Assembly: GCA_049599475.1 (NCBI GenBank)
Contig: JBMYOQ010000053.1
Coordinates: 1 to 30,611 of the forward strand
Direction of reading: 5' to 3'
Length of the DNA stretch: 30,611 nucleotides
Source of the DNA: Opitutales bacterium
Lineage (GTDB): Bacteria; Verrucomicrobiota; Verrucomicrobiia; Opitutales; JABSRG01
In this document: positions 16,913-26,977 of the stretch, one piece after another
How positions within the stretch are numbered: the first letter of the stretch is position 1
How the letters are laid out: each line of letters starts with the position of its first letter
The notes under the pieces: model-generated
What the model was told of the DNA's origin: nothing
The model's input: the letters and a program-made list of their open reading frames with translations, nothing else
Database searches by the model: none
Position numbers and translations under genes: made by a program

Positions 16913-18418
16913 CTACAGACGAACAGGTCCTCGATGATTGATCTGCTCCGCCCCTTTTGAAGCCCCAGGCATCTCTGCATGAGGATTCCGTGGCCCTGTC
17001 ACCTTCCCTGGACGAATGAGCTTGCCGTTCTCGATCTTTGGTTGCGAGCGACGATGCGGTGTCGGGTTGGTCGGAACGCTGTCTCCAGTCTGCTCTACCC
17101 ATTCGCTCAAGAGTGCGCGCATCTGTTTCAGCTTAGAATCATACTCAGGATTTTCGGCAAGATTGATCAATTGGTGGGGATCTTTCGAAACGTCGAAAAG
17201 CATCTCCTCGGGAGCTGGCAATTGAAACATGGGAGTCTGCGCATCGTTCGTGAGACCTGCCGCATGCGCCTCCCACAACTCTTTACCAGCAGGATACTGA
17301 ACACCCGACTCTAAAGTGAGGCTGAGAATATCGGGCCGTCGGTTATGGATGTATGTATAATCCCCAAGACGAACCAGTCGCAAATTCATCGCATAGACAT
17401 GCCAATTCTGTTCCGCAAAAATGAAATCGCGTGTGGTCGCTTCCGGTGCTTTCAGAATCGGAAGAAAGCTGATCCCTTGTATGGGCTCAGGTTTACTGAT
17501 TCCAGCAAGTTCAAGGCAGGTCGCACTAAAATCTATGGAACTAATCAAGCTCTCCGAGACCGAGCCCGTATCCACTATTTCAGGATAATGGACAATCCAC
17601 GGTGCACGAATGCCACTATCGTAGACCGTGCCTTTGGCTCGAATATGAGGACGCCCATTATCCGCAGTCACCACGATAAAGGTATTCTCCAATACCCCTT
17701 GAGCCCTCAACTCTTCGACAACCTCCCCTACATAATAATCGAACCGGCTGACTTCGTGGTAATAGCTCGCCAAATCATCGCGTGTTTCCGGCCCATCAAA
17801 CATATACGGCGGTATCACGACATCCTCGGGCGGATAAGTCTGCACCTCATCCGTAATTTGCCATTTACGATGCGCATCATTTGCTGAAAACCAAAAGAAA
17901 AAGGGTTTATCCCGAGGCCGATCGATCACCTCTTGCTTCCAATCAGCATTACCGCCCGGGCCCCGCCCTTTGGATATTTTATCAAATGCCTCATGCTCCG
18001 GCGTCACCATATGATTCTTTCCCGAGAGGACTGTGTAATAGCCATGCTCGCGCAGTATCCGTGTAAATGGGACCTGATCGGCGGGCATTTGCTTATGCAA
18101 TTCAGGCGCGCCGGTATTGTGCGGATAGCGGCCCGTCACGATACTAATGCGACTCGGGCTACAGCTACTGGATGTGAGGTAAGCATTATCGAACCGCATA
18201 CCCTCAGCCGCCAATGCATCGATATGCGGCGTCTGAATCACCGGGTGACCGTAGATACCCAAATCCTCCTGGGACACATCATCTGCGATGAAAAATATGA
18301 AATTGGGCCGCTCGTCTGCCACCAGGTTCAACAGCGCAACGAGCCCCAATGTCGTGCCGCATAAAATACGCTTAAACGGAAAAACTAGGGTATGTAAAAA
18401 CAGGCGCTCAAGGTTCAT
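16913..18418 (-). CDS. Formylglycine-dependent sulfatase (Cys type; N-sulfoglucosamine sulfohydrolase-like)
   Basis: RPNFIFFIADD, CSPSR...TGRYPH, GKNH, TADNG and KGTVYDSGIRAP. Confidence 0.92.
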   Translation of the reverse strand: MNLERLFLHTLVFPFKRILCGTTLGLVALLNLVADERPNFIFFIADDVSQEDLGIYGHPVIQTPHIDALAAEGMRFDNAYLTSSSCSPSRISIVTGRYPHNTGAPELHKQMPADQVPFTRILREHGYYTVLSGKNHMVTPEHEAFDKISKGRGPGGNADWKQEVIDRPRDKPFFFWFSANDAHRKWQITDEVQTYPPEDVVIPPYMFDGPETRDDLASYYHEVSRFDYYVGEVVEELRAQGVLENTFIVVTADNGRPHIRAKGTVYDSGIRAPWIVHYPEIVDTGSVSESLISSIDFSATCLELAGISKPEPIQGISFLPILKAPEATTRDFIFAEQNWHVYAMNLRLVRLGDYTYIHNRRPDILSLTLESGVQYPAGKELWEAHAAGLTNDAQTPMFQLPAPEEMLFDVSKDPHQLINLAENPEYDSKLKQMRALLSEWVEQTGDSVPTNPTPHRRSQPKIENGKLIRPGKVTGPRNPHAEMPGASKGAEQINHRGPVRL

Positions 18419-18572
18419 TACAAAGAAACGAGAAATTTTGTTGAGGGGGGGAATTATTAATCAAAGTTGAAAAGAGACTCTCAATAAGTTGGACTCCTAT
18501 CACTTTCTTAAAACACACAGATAAATAGATTAGTTTTAAAACCCAACTTAATTTTAACCAAGTAAACACACG

Positions 18573-19457
18573 ATGCTAGAAGGAAAAACTATCGGATTCG
18601 TAGGCCTAGGGCGCATGGGCGGCAATATGGCACGCTGCCTTAAGGACAAAGGTTACACTGTCAGCGCGCTGTATGACATCGCATCAGATATCGCTGTCGA
18701 ATTAGCAAATGAGATCCAGTCCACAGCCTACACGACTCTTAATGAAGTTACCCAAAACGCAGATATCGTCTTCACCGTTGTAACGGATGATGCGGCGATG
18801 GACTCTATCTATTTTAGCGAAGACAACTTGCTTTCTGAAGCATCTGGCACGCTTTTCATCAACTGCGCTACCCTAACCCCATCAATTCATTCAAAGGTAG
18901 AAGCGGCGGCGATCGACGCTGGTGCCACCTGCCTGGAAGCCTGCATGGCATCGAGCATTCCCCAGGCACGAAAAGGCGAACTTTTCTTAATGATCGGAGG
19001 AGACGAAACCGTCTTTACCGCCCATAAACCACTCCTCGATGATCTGAGCACTGCCTTGCACTATGTCGGCCAAACCGGCAAGGCATCTGAGGTAAAAGCC
19101 CTGGTGAACATGGTGATGAATATCAACACCGCAGCCTTGGCTGAGGGCCTAGGAATTGCCGATGCACTGGGGCTAGACCTTAAGATGCTCTGCGACATTT
19201 TTAGCCAAACAGGAGCCAATTCTCGCGTGCTCGAGACAGACTCAGAAGACATGATTCTGCGCGACCACGACTGCTATTTTTCAGCCGCTCACGCAGCGAA
19301 AGATTCAGGCATAGCACTGACTATTGCCAAAGAGCAAGGTATCTCCGCTCCGCTCGCCGAGGCAACTTTTCAGCAATATGAAAAACTGAAATCCCTGGGC
19401 AAAGGAGAATTGGATAAGTCGGGTGTAGCTGAGCTCACCTTCCGCGGTCGCAGCTAG
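18573..19457 (+). CDS. NAD(P)-dependent beta-hydroxyacid dehydrogenase (3-hydroxyisobutyrate dehydrogenase family)
   Basis: Rossmann motif IGFVGLGRMGGNMA, catalytic Lys in VKALVN, and FSAAHAAKD. Confidence 0.9.
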   Translation: MLEGKTIGFVGLGRMGGNMARCLKDKGYTVSALYDIASDIAVELANEIQSTAYTTLNEVTQNADIVFTVVTDDAAMDSIYFSEDNLLSEASGTLFINCATLTPSIHSKVEAAAIDAGATCLEACMASSIPQARKGELFLMIGGDETVFTAHKPLLDDLSTALHYVGQTGKASEVKALVNMVMNINTAALAEGLGIADALGLDLKMLCDIFSQTGANSRVLETDSEDMILRDHDCYFSAAHAAKDSGIALTIAKEQGISAPLAEATFQQYEKLKSLGKGELDKSGVAELTFRGRS

Positions 19458-19473
19458 TTTTCAAGGAGAGCCC

Positions 19474-20223
19474 ATGAACACCGAAATCCGCAATCCATCC
19501 GACGAGCTACTCGACTACACTTACACGGAAAGCACTCCCCAACCGCCATTCTCGGACTGGCTCGTAATCCTAGGTCATGGTTTAACTGGGGACAAAGATC
19601 GTCCCATCATTGTTGATGCCTCCCAAGCGTTATCAGAAGCAGGATTCAACACCCTTTCCTTCTCCTATGCGGGCAATGGAAATTCGGAAGGCCGATTCGA
19701 AGATGCCACGATATCCAAAGAAGCGAAGGATCTGGAGTCTGTGATCAATGCAGTATCCGACTCTTATAAGAACATCGCATACCTAGGACATAGTATGGGA
19801 GGCGCCGTTGGATTGCTTCAATCAAGCAGAGACACCCGCATCAAAGCTTTGATTTCGATAGCCGGGATGGTGAATACAAAATTATTCGCGGAGACCGAAT
19901 TCGCTGATGTAGTGCCAGACAAGGACGTCATGTGGGAGGAGCCAGACTGCCCCTTATCATCTTCATTCATGGATGATCTATGCAACACCCACCGCAACTT
20001 CTCGGATAATATTGAAAAGATCGGCGTACCCTGGTTATTGATACATGGGACCGAAGACGATGTCGTGCTCCCACAGGACAGTAGAACAGTTAAAACCATC
20101 CGGGGAGACCAGGTGGACTTCCAAGAGCTTGAGGGAGTAAACCATGTATTCGACTCTCCACAACACATGAGTGATATGACCACACGAGTCGTATCCTGGC
20201 TGCGAAACATAGCCTCTAGGTAA
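19474..20223 (+). CDS. Alpha/beta-fold hydrolase
   Basis: HG oxyanion motif, GHSMG nucleophile, HGTEDD acid and GVNH histidine. Starts 16 bp after the dehydrogenase. Confidence 0.9.
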   Translation: MNTEIRNPSDELLDYTYTESTPQPPFSDWLVILGHGLTGDKDRPIIVDASQALSEAGFNTLSFSYAGNGNSEGRFEDATISKEAKDLESVINAVSDSYKNIAYLGHSMGGAVGLLQSSRDTRIKALISIAGMVNTKLFAETEFADVVPDKDVMWEEPDCPLSSSFMDDLCNTHRNFSDNIEKIGVPWLLIHGTEDDVVLPQDSRTVKTIRGDQVDFQELEGVNHVFDSPQHMSDMTTRVVSWLRNIASR

Positions 20224-20229
20224 AATTCA

Positions 20230-20254
20230 GATGGGTCGGAAAGCCGAGCCCATC
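20230..20254. terminator. GC-rich hairpin after the hydrolase gene
   Basis: GATGGG-TCGG-AAAG-CCGA-G-CCCATC. No U-tract on the plus strand. Confidence 0.35.
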
Positions 20255-20463
20255 GCCCGCAAAATTAGCACCTCAATCAAGCTATGTAAATACACATCAA
20301 ACAATTATAGTTTGTAAGTTTTCAATACCATACCTGCACGATACCTGGTTTGATCTATGTGTCTGCATAGCCTAGGGATTTATCATCATACGCGAGGTAC
20401 TGATCGTTCTGGATCGCGCCTTTCTCATCCCCTCCCTCGCTCAATCCTCCCGATAAAATCCCT

Positions 20464-23400
20464 ATGGAACGTGCATTCTCGTCTCTCGTTAGCGGTAGGC
20501 AACGTTTACCCAATCGCCGTAAACAAGCCCCCGGATTTGCCCTAGTAATGGCCCTTGCGCTCATTACATTCCTCATCCTCCTAATTGTAAGCCTCACTTC
20601 GATAATTCGAATCGAGAGCAACAGCAACGAAACCGAACAAGCAGGCGTCCAAGCCCAGCAAAATGCGATGCTCGCCATGCGCATCGCACTCGGAGAACTA
20701 CAGAGCTCCCTAGGGCCCGACCAGCGCGTTTCGGCACCTGCCGAAGTGTTTGATACCAGTGCAGACAATCGCTCAAACACTATTGGTGTCTGGGCGAGCT
20801 CCGATGTCACCTCCGAAAATCTAACCAAAGGCGATCTGATCGGCTGGCTGGCTTCAGACGCCAAAGATGCCAACGATGCGATCATCACAGATTACAATCA
20901 AAGCAACGCTCCCTCAAATGGCGACGCGAACTCCGCGACCTTGGTAGGCCCGGGGTCTGTAAACACCAACCAATTCGACGAAGTTGTCGTTAACCTGGAC
21001 AATACAGAGATTCTTCGAAACGACCAAGTCGTAGGACGATACGCATGGTGGGTCGGCGACGAAGGTGCAAAGGCACGCGTGGACATGAACAAAGGCGCCT
21101 ACATTCCAAACTCTTCAGAGGAAAGGAAATTTAGAGCAGTCAGCCAATACGGCTCACTCGCTCAAAACGCCCCAGAAGCTCTAAATGGCCTAAAAGCAAT
21201 CAACTTCGCAGCAACTGGTAGTCTATTCCAGGATCTGTCGCAAATAGAACTCATCGCGAACAATGGAGAAGAGGTAGACAAAGAGTATTTTCACGATATC
21301 ACTTTGCACGGCCATGGGGTGCTGAGCGACTTACGCAAGGGTGGTCTCAAGAAGGACCTTTCACTCGTTTTCGAAATGGATGATTTCGATTTCGACCGCT
21401 CAGAATTCGCTCTCGATGGTCCAGATTCCTATTCTCCGTGGCCCGGAGCCAGCTTTAATGTTCAGCCAGTTTTTATGATGCCTAATTCGACTGGCGTCGA
21501 TGCCCATGGTCCCAATTGGCATGTATTGAGAGACTACTACACAATCTACCACCGTATGCAGTCTCCGATGACTAATCCGACATTCGAAGCGCAAATCATG
21601 GGCCCGAGCCTCTATCACCCAAATAGCCGTTATAATTATCCGGATGGAGCCAACGATGATTTTAATAATCAGCCCGCTCACCTGCTTTCAGGGGGACAAT
21701 CGTATTCATCTATGGGCACCGGCGAACGCAACAGTCCAACTGTCAACGAACTGTTGGTATCTCTGAATCCTTACCAAGACGGCCCAATGCTCTTTGCTGG
21801 AGCTGAGTTCGATCCCCTGCGCTCTCGAGAATCAGGTGCACGGTCACCTATTCCAACTCCAGTCTCAGGAAGCTATATGCCGTTTTTCTCCCGGGCTGTC
21901 ATTGAACCCGGCGTTTGGTTTCAATGGGAAACAGCGAATACCTCCAAAGATAGGCCGGACGAAAATGGAAACCCAGTCCCTGATGTCGACGGATACCAGA
22001 TGTATCGATCCGTCCGCTCGTATTTTATACTCAAGAACCCCTACAACGTGAGTATCGATCACGGCGATCTTGCTATCGAAATCGAAGATACAGACTACAC
22101 TCTCAATCTCTTCTCCGGGGCGTTTCCTAGCACCTCCCTTATTTTCAGCAATGCTTCGAACATTGGAGCACAAGGAGATCGTACCCTCAAACATCGCGTA
22201 GTTGCCGAAGGAGATACTCTCAATCCCGGCGAAATGGTTACCTACAATGGTGTCGCCTCCCGCACAAGTTCGTTAGTCTCTTCCAAGATTCCATCCGGCA
22301 CTTACCCAGATTGGCAAGGTGCCGACAACGACAACGCTACTCACTGGAGAAATCGATTTGGTGATATAAAAAGTGATGGGATCCCTCCAAACGGAGACAA
22401 CCTGGATGGCTTTGTTTTTACGGACCCGGGCCCCCATACGATTGTTGCACGAGCCGGAGTTGCTCGAAGTTCACGAATGGTCAGCGGGAGCAACAATTAC
22501 AATACAAGCCGATACCAGCTCTGGGACTTAAAATATTACTTCCTTTCACGGGAGAACCAGGGGCCCGTTTCAGGAGGAACCTTGCTCGACGATTGGCCAG
22601 TAGTATCGAGCTTCGCTTCACCTATAGTTGGACCATCAGAAAACTACGATAATGCTGAGAGTGTCACTCAGGAATTCCGATTCCCTATGACCAGCCAATT
22701 CTTCAACAATACGTCATTCCCACAGGAATACCGAAACGGGTTTCAGACTCCTGTCGATCTAAACCTGCACGACAGTCTCCAAGATTCTATAGCGATTATC
22801 CGCTTTGACCTACAGCTAAAGCCTTCCGAATTCGTAAATGCAGACGGTTATCATTTCCGTTATCCCGTTTATACCATGACGAACCCTCTGGCCCCGGTCA
22901 AAGAGAGTAAAGGCTTCCTTCCTCCCGGCGAAAAGCTTTCCGAAGGATCAGTCGGCTATCCGACATTTTCTCCAGGCTGGGAAGCCCAAGTCACTTTCGG
23001 AGGCGGCTTTCCCAATGCAGGTGTATCCGCTCCAGCAGGCGAGTTCAATAACTGGGGACCATCTTCTGGAGAGTCCGGAGATGGCGTCAGTAATGTAGTC
23101 GTATTGGAGTTACCTACATCACCGGTTGTTTCGCTGGGCAAACTGCAGCACGCGAATATCTCGATCTATGACCACATGCCCGCAATGGCCATCGGAAATT
23201 CATTCGCATCACCATATGTAGCTCTAGATTCCACTTACAACCTGTTCAATAACCGCTGGGGCAATGAGCGCATTTTTTACGACATCTCATACCTCATGAA
23301 CGAGGCACTCTGGGATAGTTACTACTTTTCCTCGCTCTCAATCCCTTACAATCCAAACGCGGATGATTATGATGAGCTAGGGTCTGACGTATCTGATACA

Positions 23401-24420
23401 TTCGACTTAGCCTTCGATACGGATAATCTCGATCCGGATGCTCTAATTCCACTGCCTAATCCAAGGATGTCGATGCACTATTTAGAGGGGGAAGACTTCC
23501 AAATAGTAAGAAACAAATTGTTCGATGGGGACGATATCAATCCAGAGGGATATGCGCGCGCAGCCGAAAACATGAAGATCGCAGGAGCGTTTAACGTGAA
23601 CTCTACCTCTGTTGACGCCTGGCAAGCCATCTTATCGGGTGCTAGAGATCAGGCCATTTACTTATCTGGAAGTAACAGTGGTGAGCCTTTAACCACAAAC
23701 TCGACTCCTATCGCTCGCCTTTCTCAACCCATAAAAACGGAGGCGTCTGCCGATAGGTACGATACAAACTCGTGGGGCGGTTTCCGCAGTTTCACAGACG
23801 TCCAAATCCGGTCGCTCGCTACGGCCATCGTAGATCAAATCGTAGCTCGTTCCAGCGATCAGGGGCATCCATTTCTCACACTTGGAGAATTTGTTAATCG
23901 CCGCCTAAGCAACGATGAATACGGCCTAGCAGGAGTTATCCAAGCGGCGATTGACGCTTCCAATTTCGGAGAGCAGGGGGACATGGAAGTAGACACGTTT
24001 AACGACGTTCCTAGAGACTCGCTCACCCACGCGACTTATACTGGGAGCTTAGGGTTCCCTTACCCGGGTAACCTTACTCGCTCAGATGGCTCCTCAGTGA
24101 CAACGGTCTCTTCCGCGAGCGCATACGTGCTTCAGGCAGATATATTACAAGCAATAGGGTCTTTCCTGAACGCTCGGAGCGACTGTTTCCGCATCCGCGC
24201 CTATGGGGAGAGCCTTGGTGAAGACCCTTCGCAACCTGGGCAAAAGGCATGGTGCGAAGCGATCGTACAACGAATCACTTATCCCCTCATTCCACGTGCC
24301 GATGCCGGTGCTGATAACGTAGAAATTTGGTCGGGGCTAGACATCAATGGCGACCCCACACCTTTTGGTCGAAAATTCCAAGTCATTTCTTTCCGTTGGT
24401 TATCAGAAGACGAGGTATAA
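20464..24420 (+). CDS. Large PilX-like protein related to Verru_Chthon cassette protein A
   Basis: Prepilin-like G|FALVMAL leader plus a hydrophobic helix. Family-type motifs GRYAWWVGDEGAKA, GGLKKDLS, GAFNVNSTSVDAW, RSDCFRIRAYGE, AWCEAIVQR and FGRKFQVISFRWL. Confidence 0.8.
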   Translation: MERAFSSLVSGRQRLPNRRKQAPGFALVMALALITFLILLIVSLTSIIRIESNSNETEQAGVQAQQNAMLAMRIALGELQSSLGPDQRVSAPAEVFDTSADNRSNTIGVWASSDVTSENLTKGDLIGWLASDAKDANDAIITDYNQSNAPSNGDANSATLVGPGSVNTNQFDEVVVNLDNTEILRNDQVVGRYAWWVGDEGAKARVDMNKGAYIPNSSEERKFRAVSQYGSLAQNAPEALNGLKAINFAATGSLFQDLSQIELIANNGEEVDKEYFHDITLHGHGVLSDLRKGGLKKDLSLVFEMDDFDFDRSEFALDGPDSYSPWPGASFNVQPVFMMPNSTGVDAHGPNWHVLRDYYTIYHRMQSPMTNPTFEAQIMGPSLYHPNSRYNYPDGANDDFNNQPAHLLSGGQSYSSMGTGERNSPTVNELLVSLNPYQDGPMLFAGAEFDPLRSRESGARSPIPTPVSGSYMPFFSRAVIEPGVWFQWETANTSKDRPDENGNPVPDVDGYQMYRSVRSYFILKNPYNVSIDHGDLAIEIEDTDYTLNLFSGAFPSTSLIFSNASNIGAQGDRTLKHRVVAEGDTLNPGEMVTYNGVASRTSSLVSSKIPSGTYPDWQGADNDNATHWRNRFGDIKSDGIPPNGDNLDGFVFTDPGPHTIVARAGVARSSRMVSGSNNYNTSRYQLWDLKYYFLSRENQGPVSGGTLLDDWPVVSSFASPIVGPSENYDNAESVTQEFRFPMTSQFFNNTSFPQEYRNGFQTPVDLNLHDSLQDSIAIIRFDLQLKPSEFVNADGYHFRYPVYTMTNPLAPVKESKGFLPPGEKLSEGSVGYPTFSPGWEAQVTFGGGFPNAGVSAPAGEFNNWGPSSGESGDGVSNVVVLELPTSPVVSLGKLQHANISIYDHMPAMAIGNSFASPYVALDSTYNLFNNRWGNERIFYDISYLMNEALWDSYYFSSLSIPYNPNADDYDELGSDVSDTFDLAFDTDNLDPDALIPLPNPRMSMHYLEGEDFQIVRNKLFDGDDINPEGYARAAENMKIAGAFNVNSTSVDAWQAILSGARDQAIYLSGSNSGEPLTTNSTPIARLSQPIKTEASADRYDTNSWGGFRSFTDVQIRSLATAIVDQIVARSSDQGHPFLTLGEFVNRRLSNDEYGLAGVIQAAIDASNFGEQGDMEVDTFNDVPRDSLTHATYTGSLGFPYPGNLTRSDGSSVTTVSSASAYVLQADILQAIGSFLNARSDCFRIRAYGESLGEDPSQPGQKAWCEAIVQRITYPLIPRADAGADNVEIWSGLDINGDPTPFGRKFQVISFRWLSEDEV

Positions 24421-24433
24421 CTCCCTACTCCTT

Positions 24434-25147
24434 ATGTATTTAAAATATTTATACAAGCGTGTTAGGCTCACTCTATTAATGGGACTACTCTGCATATGCC
24501 AAGGTGCACTCATTGCCCAGGCAGAAGAAGTGGACGTCGATTTCAGTATCACCACGCTCTCTATTACCTTATCAGACATCGTGTATGACACGGAGGGTGT
24601 TGAACCCTTTAGCGTCGTCACCGGATTACGCTCCCCGCGCTTCAAGTACACCGGGGCACCCGACATCACCTTTTACCGCCTAAACCGAGAGCTCCTCGAC
24701 GATCAGGGTAAACCCACGCGCATTCCAATCGGATCAGCTAGAGTGCCCTCGATTACTGGAAGCTTTCTCTTTATCTTAAAACCTCTATCTCGTAACCAGA
24801 ATCAATTTCGAGTCGCGGTAATACCAGACGGACTCGATATTTTTAAACCTGGGATGTATCGATTCATCAATACAGCCCCGTTCGATATAGCTTTAAAAAT
24901 CGGCGAAAGCACCAGTGTGATCAAATCAAACGGATTCAAAGACATAGACGCTCTCGTAAAAGACAAGAACACTCTCGATACTGTGATCATTAGCATGGTC
25001 GACCAACAGGAGCCCATCCGCGCCTTCAGAGGCGGGCTACGCTACTCTCCTGAACGACGATTCACCTATATCATCTCAGAAAAAAATCGAGGGCGCAAAG
25101 GTCAGGTAAACCTGATGGGCATCCCCGAACGCGTGTCAGCGCTGTAG
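24434..25147 (+). CDS. Secreted hypothetical protein, partner of the PilX-like protein
   Basis: ATG 24434 lies 13 bp after the upstream stop. Signal peptide (KRVRLTLLMGLLCICQGALIA) and a beta-rich body. Confidence 0.75.
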   Translation: MYLKYLYKRVRLTLLMGLLCICQGALIAQAEEVDVDFSITTLSITLSDIVYDTEGVEPFSVVTGLRSPRFKYTGAPDITFYRLNRELLDDQGKPTRIPIGSARVPSITGSFLFILKPLSRNQNQFRVAVIPDGLDIFKPGMYRFINTAPFDIALKIGESTSVIKSNGFKDIDALVKDKNTLDTVIISMVDQQEPIRAFRGGLRYSPERRFTYIISEKNRGRKGQVNLMGIPERVSAL

Positions 25148-25173
25148 AGCGGTCGGGAGAACCGACTGGCTCT
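25146..25173. terminator. Hairpin between convergent genes (terminator or GTAG-headed REP-like)
   Basis: AGAGC-GGTCGG-GAGAA-CCGACT-G-GCTCT, with GTAG at 25144-25147. No U-tract. Confidence 0.45.
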
Positions 25174-25175
25174 CC

Positions 25176-26744
25176 CTAAATCTCGTCCTCCTCTAGTGGC
25201 CGTTGCCCTTCGAAAGGCCCCCAGAGTATCTGCTTCTTGTAGCTCTTGCCGTTTTTGTAGACTTCGGGGTCGTAGTCTGGGTTGGGCTTGGGGAATTTCG
25301 CGCCTACGTCGTTTAAGTAAGTCATCATTTTCTCGAAGAGCTGCATATGCACTTCGGGATGTTGTCTTGCTATATTAAATACTTCGCCTGGATCGCGCGC
25401 TAGGTCAAAGAGCATTGGGATGTCTGGGCGCTCATAGAAATGCATAACTTTCGCATTACCGGCGATCACAGCGGAATGCGGAACGGATTCACGATAATGG
25501 GGCACGTGGAGGATGAGCGGTCTATTTACGAATTCCGGGCTTGGCTGCTTTCCAGCCATGTAAGGAGCCAGACTGACCCCATCGATATCTTTCAAAGTCG
25601 ATGGATCGCCACCAGCCCACTCCAAAAAGGTTGGCAGAAAGTCGTAATTGATCACATTGGCCTCAAATTTGGAGCCTCCTTGGATACCTGGGCCTTTGAC
25701 AATCATAGGCACTCGAATACCTCCCTGCCAGGCCCACCATTTGTGAGAGTGCAGGGGTTGTTTTAGGTTCTCGTCGAGGGCCAAGGTCTTATGCCTATAC
25801 CCATTATCGGAAACAACGATCACATAGGTATTATCTGCTATTTTGAGACGATCTAGAGCTGTTAGCACGGCTCCTATCTGGCTATCCATGTCTTCAGCCA
25901 TGCCAAGCCAAGTAGCCGGGTCGTCTCCCCTTTTGATCGTATCACCGGTTTTACCCTGTTTCTCATAATATTTCTTAACGAGCGGGTGCTCGGCATATTT
26001 GCGACGGGTATCATCTAGAGTCTCGCGACCTTCGTGCATTGCGTAGTGGGAAATTTGGACGAAGAACGGATTACCCTGCTGAGCTTGCTCCTCCATGAAG
26101 CCAATCGCCTTCTCGGTCATGCTAAACATGAGCTTCGGGTCTGTCATATCAACGGGCAGACGGGCTGGATTGCGCCCTTTTTCATCGCGAACCAGGGTGT
26201 TTCCTTCCTTGTTCGTAGTCTCGCCATCGTGAAGGACGTAGCCCGCTTCGCTGGGATCACAATACATGTGCCATTTGCCCAAGTGCGCACTTTGGTAACC
26301 CAGAGGAGCCAGGGCTTTCGGAATCGTCATGGCCTCGGTATCCAAGGATGTCGCCGCCACATTAGGCACCATGGGAAATTTCTGGTATTGCGGCCGAGTA
26401 TCATAGTAGTCGTCGCGAATCTTTCCCAGAACCACCGTAAACCCGTGTCTCGCGGTCGTTTTACCAGTCTGAACCGAGACCCGAGCTGGCGCACATTGCT
26501 GAGAGCCATAAGCATTTGTGAATTTCATGCCCTCGTCCGCCAGGCGCTCGAGATAAGGCATATCGACAACGGGCATCGCAGAATTCGGCATCTCATCATT
26601 CATACGCAATGGAGTGCCATTCCAGGCCCAGTCATCCATATACAGGAGCACAATATTGGGCCGCGTTTGAGAGATAAGGACAGAAGCACACAAGGATGCA
26701 GCGACAAAAACTGCCTTCCTTACACAAGGTGTGAAGGTTTTCAT
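25176..26744 (-). CDS. Formylglycine-dependent sulfatase (Cys type, arylsulfatase-like), secreted
   Basis: Signal peptide, [27 protein letters not shown] and [10 protein letters not shown]. Confidence 0.92.
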   Translation of the reverse strand: MKTFTPCVRKAVFVAASLCASVLISQTRPNIVLLYMDDWAWNGTPLRMNDEMPNSAMPVVDMPYLERLADEGMKFTNAYGSQQCAPARVSVQTGKTTARHGFTVVLGKIRDDYYDTRPQYQKFPMVPNVAATSLDTEAMTIPKALAPLGYQSAHLGKWHMYCDPSEAGYVLHDGETTNKEGNTLVRDEKGRNPARLPVDMTDPKLMFSMTEKAIGFMEEQAQQGNPFFVQISHYAMHEGRETLDDTRRKYAEHPLVKKYYEKQGKTGDTIKRGDDPATWLGMAEDMDSQIGAVLTALDRLKIADNTYVIVVSDNGYRHKTLALDENLKQPLHSHKWWAWQGGIRVPMIVKGPGIQGGSKFEANVINYDFLPTFLEWAGGDPSTLKDIDGVSLAPYMAGKQPSPEFVNRPLILHVPHYRESVPHSAVIAGNAKVMHFYERPDIPMLFDLARDPGEVFNIARQHPEVHMQLFEKMMTYLNDVGAKFPKPNPDYDPEVYKNGKSYKKQILWGPFEGQRPLEEDEI

Positions 26745-26794
26745 AGAATGTTGGTTGGGTGATTAGAGGGAGTGTCCTACGGACACGGATGGTG

Positions 26795-26805
26795 TGAACG
26801 TTTAA
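26795..26805. promoter_or_regulatory. Candidate LacI-type operator upstream of the sulfatase
   Basis: Minus strand TTAAACGTTCA, 10 of 11 identical to TTAAACGTTTA at 29425-29435. Confidence 0.4.
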
Positions 26806-26977
26806 GCATCGCTTTTAATTGTTTAGTTTCAATTTTTTTCAGCAATCGAGGTCAGCTCGTTATAGAAGAACACAAATCCAGGTCCTAGCATATCTCGGCA
26901 CACATTCCGCTGAGAGAGCCTTACTTCGCAGGCTAAGTCGCTCATTGCCTGGTTCTCAGTCTCTTTAAGACAGCAAT

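Noticed and set aside
26034..26762. 242-aa plus-strand ORF
   Set aside because: Lies antisense to the sulfatase and has low-information His/Arg-rich composition.
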